Assembly (NCBI GenBank): GCA_964565565.1
Contig: CAZMFM010000005.1
Location: forward strand, 21,292-85,291
Origin: an uncultured Spirochaetaceae bacterium
Lineage (GTDB): Bacteria; Myxococcota_A; UBA9160; UBA4427
DNA length: 64,000 bases
Direction of reading: 5' to 3'
Part shown: positions 24,902-32,258 of the stretch, piece by piece
How positions within the stretch are numbered: position 1 is the first letter of the stretch
Layout of the letters: the number at the start of each line of letters is the position of its first letter
Notes under the pieces: generated by a model
Databases searched by the model: none
What the model saw: only the letters and a program-made list of their open reading frames with translations
Told to the model about the DNA's origin: nothing
Position numbers and translations under genes: made by a program

Positions 24902-27900
24902 GACGCCTGGCCCTGGGTATGATCGGCTTCGGCGTTTTCCTCACCGCCACGACATCCCTCTACGCCGAAATCGACGCGCGTCGCATCAACCTCTCGTCGG
25001 AGTTCGCCGATCCGGTCGCATGGCGAAACGTGGAGGGGCTACCGTTTTGGGTGGCCGGACAACGGCCTCGCTACGCCTTCGAAGACCGTAGTCATCACGT
25101 CGAGCTGGCACCTGGCGATGAAATTCAACTGATCGTACCGACCGGCGAAGGCGTACTCGTCCAAGGAGAATCCGGCGAGATCGCGCAGCTCGAATGGTCC
25201 ACTTCGAACGGTTCGGGGCTCTGGGCGCAAGCCGTTGCGGTTGAGACCGAGGAGAACGATCAGCTCATGCTTCCCTTTTCGGTGCGCAGCACGCGCCTGA
25301 TTTCGATCCGTCTCACGCAAGACGCGACGCAACCGATCGACATCAAGGTCTTTGTCTCCCGTCGCGACCGAGGCACGACGCTTCGCTTCGAGCGAAAGTC
25401 CATCCCGCTCCGCGCGAATCGACGCACGTTGTTTCTTGGGCTGCAGCACCAGGCGGGGCCCCTCTACGAGCTGAGTCCGGGCGACGAATTGAGTGTCGAG
25501 GTCGACGGCGGGCATCGCTATCTGCTCGAACATCGGGTCTTCTATCCCCGCGATATCTCGGATCGGCGCTTCAACTATCGCGTCGAGCTTCGCGCTGGCG
25601 ATCGCTCGAGTGAGAGTGAATTCGTGGCATCCCCCGAAGTGCGCGATTGGGCGACCGTCGGCGGACGACCACGCGTCGTCGGACGCCTCATGCGAAGCTA
25701 CATCGATGTGCCCGCCGGACATAGCGCACTCGCTATCCGGACAGATGCACCACTTCTTGCCAGACTGCTAGGCCCCTTCGACGAACATCGTGCCAACTGG
25801 GCCAGTCATTCCGAATCCACCGCCGAAGGATCGGCGTGGCTAGCCGATTGGTCGACGATCGAATCGGATGCCGTCTCAGATCCTCGTTCAAACGCTCACC
25901 AGCGCGGACTGCTGCGGATCGCGAGAGACAACCGTCGAGAGGACGCCGGATTGCTCGCAGCAGAAAGGGCGATCGCCGAGGCTCGCGCCATGCCGAATAT
26001 TCCGCCCCTGCGCAGGTTCGCCCAAACGCTTTCCATCTCACAGATCGGCTACCGCGGCCTACTCCCCCATCGAGACAAGAAGGTGAGTTCCCTGGAGTCT
26101 CGCTCCTACATCTATGTCACCGCTGCAATTCGTTCACCCGTCGACGACCGGGATCGCTACGTATTAGGCGACCAACACGCGACGTCTCTACGAAGGCAGA
26201 CACTCTCCGGCCGCTTTGCCCCTCTACCCGCGGCCGGCGAGGAACTCGTCTACAGCCTGCCTGAGAGAGCGGCTTCGAGCAGACTTCGTCTCGCCCTGCA
26301 ACCTCGGGGGCCGGCCGGAGATACTTGCCGACTGAGTATCGATCTCGACGGGAACCACGGGGTAGAACTCCGCGTCGGGTCGATGCCGGCTCTGAACCTG
26401 CTCGACGTGGGTGCCGCAGCGGTGGCCACCTCCCTGCAAACGGAGGGCGGCGATATTCCCGGCAATGTCGCCGGCCTTGGCTGGAGTTCCGAGACATCGA
26501 GCACCGAGTTCGATTTACCGAAGTCCACGCAGATCGTCCGGGTCCGGGCCACGGAATGCGAGGGACGACGAATCGCGTTGGCCTACGGAATTGGCCGACA
26601 GGATTCGATGAACGAGGCCGAGTATCGCGCAGCGGTGAATGCGATCGGCGGACCAGAGGCCGGAACGCGCCTTTTCTTTACGGCCCTCGACAAGCTCGAC
26701 GAAGTTCTGAATGGCGAAACGCCCCTGGCGTCAGCCATAGGCAAGGCGGCTGGCGAAACAGCCTGGCAACGGGCGGCGTCGGCTCGACTCTTGAACCATT
26801 GGATTCCCTCCCTCAACCGACTCCGAGCCTGGAGCATCGCCTACCGCCATCAAAGCGAGGCGATCGGGCCGAGGACCGCCGATCATTCCACTGTCAACGA
26901 AGCCCGGGGATCGAGTGATCTGCGCGTCACGGCGACCGAGCTCGAAGCGGACAGGAATTGGCTGGCGGCCTACGAAACCTGGATGAAGATCGCGCGTGCT
27001 GGAACGCTTGAAGCGGCGAGCCGAGCTCGACTACGAGCCGCCCACGCCTTGCTCGAATCTGGCGATGCGAGCCTCGCCGCAGCGATCCTGAAATCAGAAA
27101 CCAGTCACGCCCCTGACCGAAGCCTTCGCACGCAGGCCTTCGAACAGCTCGCCGCAATCTATCATCGCCAGGGAAACGATGTTGAGCTGGTCGGGTTGTT
27201 GGCTTCACGGGCCATATCGACCGTCGATGGCACCCGCGGCGAAGCGCTGGCCCGACTAGCCGATCTGGCGTTGGAAGAAGGCAAGCGAACGCTTGCCCTG
27301 CGACTCGATCTGATCCTTCCTGAAGCGAATTTCGACAGCGAGCGCCGAATCGAAGCGGCCTATCTGAATGGATGGTGGACGACATTCGAAGAGTCGCTCT
27401 CGGCAAACGAGCAGACGGTTGCCAATCGTTGGCGCGGCTACCGAGCCCAACAAGCGGGGGATTTTTCCGCGGCGCGGCGGCATTGGCGAGACGCGGACGG
27501 CGTCGGACGGTCTGCGCTCGATGCGTTGGAGCGAGCCTTCGAGATTCGAGAAGAACTCGTTGACGGCAGCACCCGGGAGCGCCACCACGCCCTGCAACGT
27601 TGGGCTGGCTGGCGTCGCCGGCTGCCCGGACGACGGGTCTGGAAGTCCGCGGAGCACCTGGTCGTCACCGAAGATGGTGGAGAGCGGCTGCGATCACGGT
27701 CCATTGGCGCATTTTCGCGCTGGGCTCGCTCGACACCTGGTCGACCCGTCCGAATCCGTGTCGTCGGTCCGACCACGCTTCGGATCGATACGCGCCCGCT
27801 ACTAGGCGAGGCCGACCCGCGTAATGAACCCGGCTGGCTCACCTTCCGGACCAAACGCCGACATTGGCGATCACCCCTCGATCGTGCATCGATCTCGACG

Positions 27901-30225
27901 GGACTCGAGCGTTTGCAGGACGGACTTGAACGGGTCGGAACGCGATCTCGCAGCCAGCTCGTCATCGATCCCGGAGTTCATGAAATCGAAATCTTCGACC
28001 CACGAGGCCCGACACTCGTCCGACTCTTCGAAGAAAAGGCGCAGCTCGACTTTGCCATTCTGCCAGACCTCGGCCCGGGCGCCCTCGATTGGCTCTCTGG
28101 CAACTCGCCACCGGCCGCAACATCCGCCATCGACTGCAGCACCTTCGCCGGACATAACATATGCTCTCGCCCCCTTCTGGCTCTTCCGAAGGCAGCGGGC
28201 GAAAGCACCGCGCTCGTTGACGTGACAAAACGCTTTGACCCTGCACTCTTCGAAGAAGCCATCGGCGAAGACTTCGACGCGGCCTGGCCTTTCCTGATAC
28301 CGGCCGCAGAACTTCCTCCCGCCGACGCAGCCGTCAGCGACGTGTTTCGGCCCGCAACCGGACCGGAAGAGATCGTTCGCGACACCTGGCTGATCGCCGA
28401 AAGAAACCGTCAACCGAACGGACGAATGGCGCGCATCGGCGCGTTGGCCGATCTCTCTCTCGACGATCCGATGATCCAGCGTCTCTACAAGCGAACGATG
28501 TCTAGTTTTCACTGGAAGCGAATCAAGAGGGTTGTGGAAAGCGCGGGCGTTCGTCGCGTCCCCCAGACTTTGGGCGCGCCTCTTACACCCGGCTCCCGAA
28601 GAGCCTGGCCCCTGCTGAGCGCCGCCTGTCGTCAAAGCGATCGATTGCGTGAGTCGAGAGAACTCGTCGTGAACGTCGAGCTTGGCCGCCACCGCGCGCT
28701 GACGGTCGAGATCGAACTTTGTCACGCGACTTCCCGGACACCCAGGCCTGGGAGCGCCTTGATCGAAGTGGACGGCGAGCTGCGTGACGAGTTCCTGCTC
28801 GATGCGACGCTGCGGATGGCAAAGCTCGACCTGGAGCTGGAGCCCGGGTCGCATTCGATCCGAGTCCTCGCGGGCATGGTACCCCGGGGCCAGACACTCG
28901 GCGTCCGCGTCCTCCAGAACGGGCAGCCGATCAACGCGAACCGCAAGCGCGCCTACCATCTGGCCCGGCCGGATTCGCCCGTCGTCATGCAGATCGAGGG
29001 CCCAACGCGCCTGCGCATCGATCGGCTCCATGCGGGCGTGACACGTACCGCCTATCGCTCGATCCCAGCCGGCGGTTCGCGCATCGAGCTTGGGACCGAA
29101 GGTCGTTCCCAAATGCTCTATCGGGTGACGCGTGCTGTCCGAAACGACACCACGCCTGCGCCCCACGAAGCAACGCCGCCCCGCCCGGGCCCCGACTTCC
29201 CAGCTCATCTGGTCGCCTCCCTCGACGAGCCACCTCCTCCCCCGGAACCGTTGGCCACCAAGGACGTCCGCGCCGGCCACGAGGACGGAACCTGGACGGC
29301 CACCGCACGATATATCTCCCGAAGTACCGACAATGATGATCCGAGGTCGCGCGTCAGCGAGGCCATGGGTGAGCTACGTGGGACACACCGCTTCCTCAAT
29401 CGGTCCTGGGGATTCTATTCCCAGACAGATCTATTAGCGCGACCTAGAAAGGATGGAGGACCCACATTCGGGGGAAGGACCAAATGGGTCTGGCCGAGCT
29501 TCGGTGTCTGGCGCGGCCTCGAACGACGAGCCAGTCTGACAACGTTCTTGCAACCTCCGACGGACGGTCCGAACCGACTCGAAGCGCTATTAGGCGGTCA
29601 GGTCGAGGCTGCACTTCCCCACTCGATCACAGCCAAGCTTCGGCACCGACCTTCGGTCGCCCTCTTCGCTCGCTGGCTGAGTCTCGACGATCGCAATGGA
29701 TATCCGAGGGAAAATCTGGATCGAGATGTCTTCACCCCCTACAAGGCCGACCATCTCTACGGGTTGCGCCTGAAAGATTCCCTGTCGCTTCGTCCAATGC
29801 GAGATGTCTTGACGAGGTTCGACATCGGAATCCAATCCAACGAGGACTTCAACGTCTTCTCTCCCGATCGACTCTCCCTCGGGCTTTCGGGAGCCACCCT
29901 CTACGAAGGCCTGGGAATCAGTGCCGGTTACGCCTGGCGCCACTACTTCGAAGACGACGATCGAAGTCAAGACATCGATCGCCATGACCTCTTCTTGAAT
30001 CTCCAACTCGAACGATGGATGCCGCTGGCCCGTCGATGGCAATTTGGCGTGCGAACCCGCTACGAGATCACGAGAGGGACGACTGACCTGATGCTCACGC
30101 TCTCGTTGCATTTTGGTCGCGAACGCGGTTTCAGGGACTTCGCTCCGAATTCGATCCGATTTCGAAGCGAACGAGATCTATCGCGACGTCGACAAACGAA
30201 TTCGAGCCGGAGACACAAAAATTGA
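24898..30225 (+). CDS. Operon gene E: 1776-aa secreted protein with central TPR-like region, Pro-rich linker and C-terminal beta-barrel-like domain (candidate outer-membrane export component)
   Basis: Start taken at ATG 24898 (ATGA overlap with D), giving signal peptide MRRLALGMIGFGVFLTATTSLYAEID. TPR-like helices lie around 26930-27560. PPPPPEP linker at about 29230. The last about 280 aa show alternating-hydrophobic strands (YGLRLKDSLSL, TRFDIGIQSN, LSLGLSGATLY, GISAGYAWRHYF, LFLNLQLERW, WQFGVRTRYEI, LMLTLSLHFG). Confidence 0.7.
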   Translation: MRRLALGMIGFGVFLTATTSLYAEIDARRINLSSEFADPVAWRNVEGLPFWVAGQRPRYAFEDRSHHVELAPGDEIQLIVPTGEGVLVQGESGEIAQLEWSTSNGSGLWAQAVAVETEENDQLMLPFSVRSTRLISIRLTQDATQPIDIKVFVSRRDRGTTLRFERKSIPLRANRRTLFLGLQHQAGPLYELSPGDELSVEVDGGHRYLLEHRVFYPRDISDRRFNYRVELRAGDRSSESEFVASPEVRDWATVGGRPRVVGRLMRSYIDVPAGHSALAIRTDAPLLARLLGPFDEHRANWASHSESTAEGSAWLADWSTIESDAVSDPRSNAHQRGLLRIARDNRREDAGLLAAERAIAEARAMPNIPPLRRFAQTLSISQIGYRGLLPHRDKKVSSLESRSYIYVTAAIRSPVDDRDRYVLGDQHATSLRRQTLSGRFAPLPAAGEELVYSLPERAASSRLRLALQPRGPAGDTCRLSIDLDGNHGVELRVGSMPALNLLDVGAAAVATSLQTEGGDIPGNVAGLGWSSETSSTEFDLPKSTQIVRVRATECEGRRIALAYGIGRQDSMNEAEYRAAVNAIGGPEAGTRLFFTALDKLDEVLNGETPLASAIGKAAGETAWQRAASARLLNHWIPSLNRLRAWSIAYRHQSEAIGPRTADHSTVNEARGSSDLRVTATELEADRNWLAAYETWMKIARAGTLEAASRARLRAAHALLESGDASLAAAILKSETSHAPDRSLRTQAFEQLAAIYHRQGNDVELVGLLASRAISTVDGTRGEALARLADLALEEGKRTLALRLDLILPEANFDSERRIEAAYLNGWWTTFEESLSANEQTVANRWRGYRAQQAGDFSAARRHWRDADGVGRSALDALERAFEIREELVDGSTRERHHALQRWAGWRRRLPGRRVWKSAEHLVVTEDGGERLRSRSIGAFSRWARSTPGRPVRIRVVGPTTLRIDTRPLLGEADPRNEPGWLTFRTKRRHWRSPLDRASISTGLERLQDGLERVGTRSRSQLVIDPGVHEIEIFDPRGPTLVRLFEEKAQLDFAILPDLGPGALDWLSGNSPPAATSAIDCSTFAGHNICSRPLLALPKAAGESTALVDVTKRFDPALFEEAIGEDFDAAWPFLIPAAELPPADAAVSDVFRPATGPEEIVRDTWLIAERNRQPNGRMARIGALADLSLDDPMIQRLYKRTMSSFHWKRIKRVVESAGVRRVPQTLGAPLTPGSRRAWPLLSAACRQSDRLRESRELVVNVELGRHRALTVEIELCHATSRTPRPGSALIEVDGELRDEFLLDATLRMAKLDLELEPGSHSIRVLAGMVPRGQTLGVRVLQNGQPINANRKRAYHLARPDSPVVMQIEGPTRLRIDRLHAGVTRTAYRSIPAGGSRIELGTEGRSQMLYRVTRAVRNDTTPAPHEATPPRPGPDFPAHLVASLDEPPPPPEPLATKDVRAGHEDGTWTATARYISRSTDNDDPRSRVSEAMGELRGTHRFLNRSWGFYSQTDLLARPRKDGGPTFGGRTKWVWPSFGVWRGLERRASLTTFLQPPTDGPNRLEALLGGQVEAALPHSITAKLRHRPSVALFARWLSLDDRNGYPRENLDRDVFTPYKADHLYGLRLKDSLSLRPMRDVLTRFDIGIQSNEDFNVFSPDRLSLGLSGATLYEGLGISAGYAWRHYFEDDDRSQDIDRHDLFLNLQLERWMPLARRWQFGVRTRYEITRGTTDLMLTLSLHFGRERGFRDFAPNSIRFRSERDLSRRRQTNSSRRHKN

Positions 30226-32258
30226 CTCGGCCCGGTCTCGGACAGTTCCTGTCGCAAGGATTGCGACCCCTCGCACTCCGCGTCGAAGCCACTCGGCTCC
30301 TTGAGCTCGAGGAGCAGCTCGTCGCGCGCGGTGTCGACGCAGCGAAGCCGGACGCCAGCCGGGTCGTGGAGTTGCTCGTTACCACCACGGAGAGCGCGAC
30401 CCAAGAACTGGCCTTGCTACGCCAGAGTTATGTCGACTTCGCGTCGAGCTATCAGAGCTCCGAGGGCGGAGCTGAATGCGATGAAATCATCCTGGAATTT
30501 GCGAAATGCCTGGGGTCCGAGGGTGTCGCGTTGCGCGAAGACCGGAAGGCGCTGCGGCGCTATTTCGACTACGACGCGGTGGTCGAGCGATTCAGTCGCC
30601 GCGAACAAATCGCGGAGCAGCGGATCGGCTTCCTGATCGAACGGGTCGGATCGATCGCCTCGGCAGTCATGCGAGGCGCGTTGCCGGTCGAGTCGTTGCC
30701 TCTCTTTCAGCGCTTTGAGATCGAATCCCTGGCTACGCCGCTGCTTGCGCATGTGGGTGACGAGCGCGTGCGAGTCGAGGCCTTCCGCTGTTTGTCCCGC
30801 TGCCTGACCACCCTTCCCGCCGGCCAGGAAATCGGGGCGGTCGCGGCGCAGCTCGTCCAGTTCGTCAATCGGGCTGCGTTGGATCCCGGCCAGAACATTT
30901 GGATCCAATCGGAAGCCCTCGCCCTCGTGCTCCATACATCGCCGTCGATCTTTGCCCGTACCGTCCGCAAGAGACTCTCAGATCCGCGCGAGGGCGATGA
31001 TCTCTTCGTGCGCCGCAGAGCCGTTCGCATGATTGCCTCACGACTTCGCGATCAGCCCGAGCTGAACGAATGCATCGAATTGATCGTCGCCGACCCGAGC
31101 CCCTACGTGCGACAGGAGCTCCCGGGATGCCTGGCCAGAAGCCTTCCTGAAAAATCCCTCGACGTGATCGGCTCGTTGGTACGCAACGATCCGGCCGGCC
31201 CGGTACGCGCTTCCGCTCTCCTGGCCCTGCCGCTCCTGGCCGAGGCGGGTGAGGAGATCATGTCCCTTCGTATCCTGCTCGAGGAAGTCTTCTCCTACGA
31301 ACGGGACGACTATGTCATTCGAGTCGGCCTGCGCGTGGCGGACGAACTCCAGAAGACCGTGCTTCTCGCCGGGGATCTCGAGCTTGCCGCGGGCTGGTAT
31401 CGCGCGCTCCGCCCTGCCCTCGAACGCCTCCACTGTCAGGCGAATTCCTTCGTCGTTCGGCGCGCGGCCGCGCGCACGCGCGAACGATTGTGGAGTCGTG
31501 CAGACGCGGACCGACGCGCCGTCCTCGAAGGCCTCGAAGCGATCCGAGACGCAACTCGGCCACATGATCGGACACGACGATCGTGCGAAAAGTTGAGGGC
31601 GGTCTCTCGAGAAACGCTCGGGCGCCTCATGGCCGTCGCGGCTGAACACGACTTCGGCCTCTTCGCGGAGACACGAAGCCGCCGATTCCGAATCACCCGC
31701 GGCCACCGCTTCGGCTTTCGCCTTTGGCGCCTATTGCACGAGTTGCGAAATCCCGCGACCGACAAACGACAGGCACATCGCCACATCATCGGTCGCGTCT
31801 TTCGCGGTGACCTGCACGCGCCGTCCGCGATCCTTGCCGAACTCTCCGAAACGACCGTTCCCGGCGAACCCCTCTACATCGAGGAAGAAGACGGTTGGCG
31901 ACCCTACCTACCACTCGTCGATGAGGTCATTTCGAGCCTCGATGAAGGATTCAAGGCCCGCACCCTCGAGATCTATTCAGCAGAGGGTGTCACGGAGGTC
32001 ATCTCGCCCGACGCACTCTTCGCGCGGCTGCGAGCCCGAATGCGACTGTGCCGGCGATTTCAACACTATGCGAGATTGCGAAATTGGCGTGTGGATCGCG
32101 GAGGACGGCCATCTTCCTACGTCGAAGCTTTGCGCGAACTGGGCATCGAGGTCCGCTATCGACCGCACGACGAGCAAGCGGGCAGTCCCGGTAGCGATCC
32201 GCACGCGGCCACCTCTTCGGACGAGTCAGTCCTGCGATTCTTCGAGGATGCGAAATGA
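30222..32258 (+). CDS. Operon gene F: cytoplasmic HEAT-repeat protein of unknown function
   Basis: 678 aa, TTG start inside a TTGA overlap with E. No TM or signal peptide. Repeated xxVRxxAxxxL helices (DERVRVEAFRCLSR, DLFVRRRAVRMIASRL, PSPYVRQELPGCLARSL, DPAGPVRASALLALPLL, DYVIRVGLRVADEL, SFVVRRAAARTRERL). Confidence 0.6.
   Translation: MTRPGLGQFLSQGLRPLALRVEATRLLELEEQLVARGVDAAKPDASRVVELLVTTTESATQELALLRQSYVDFASSYQSSEGGAECDEIILEFAKCLGSEGVALREDRKALRRYFDYDAVVERFSRREQIAEQRIGFLIERVGSIASAVMRGALPVESLPLFQRFEIESLATPLLAHVGDERVRVEAFRCLSRCLTTLPAGQEIGAVAAQLVQFVNRAALDPGQNIWIQSEALALVLHTSPSIFARTVRKRLSDPREGDDLFVRRRAVRMIASRLRDQPELNECIELIVADPSPYVRQELPGCLARSLPEKSLDVIGSLVRNDPAGPVRASALLALPLLAEAGEEIMSLRILLEEVFSYERDDYVIRVGLRVADELQKTVLLAGDLELAAGWYRALRPALERLHCQANSFVVRRAAARTRERLWSRADADRRAVLEGLEAIRDATRPHDRTRRSCEKLRAVSRETLGRLMAVAAEHDFGLFAETRSRRFRITRGHRFGFRLWRLLHELRNPATDKRQAHRHIIGRVFRGDLHAPSAILAELSETTVPGEPLYIEEEDGWRPYLPLVDEVISSLDEGFKARTLEIYSAEGVTEVISPDALFARLRARMRLCRRFQHYARLRNWRVDRGGRPSSYVEALRELGIEVRYRPHDEQAGSPGSDPHAATSSDESVLRFFEDAK

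Noticed and set aside
27871-29280. 469-aa reverse-strand ORF inside the giant gene E.
   Set aside because: This is the same high-GC antisense artefact. It has no recognisable motifs and lies entirely within a longer forward ORF that fits the operon's overlap chain.
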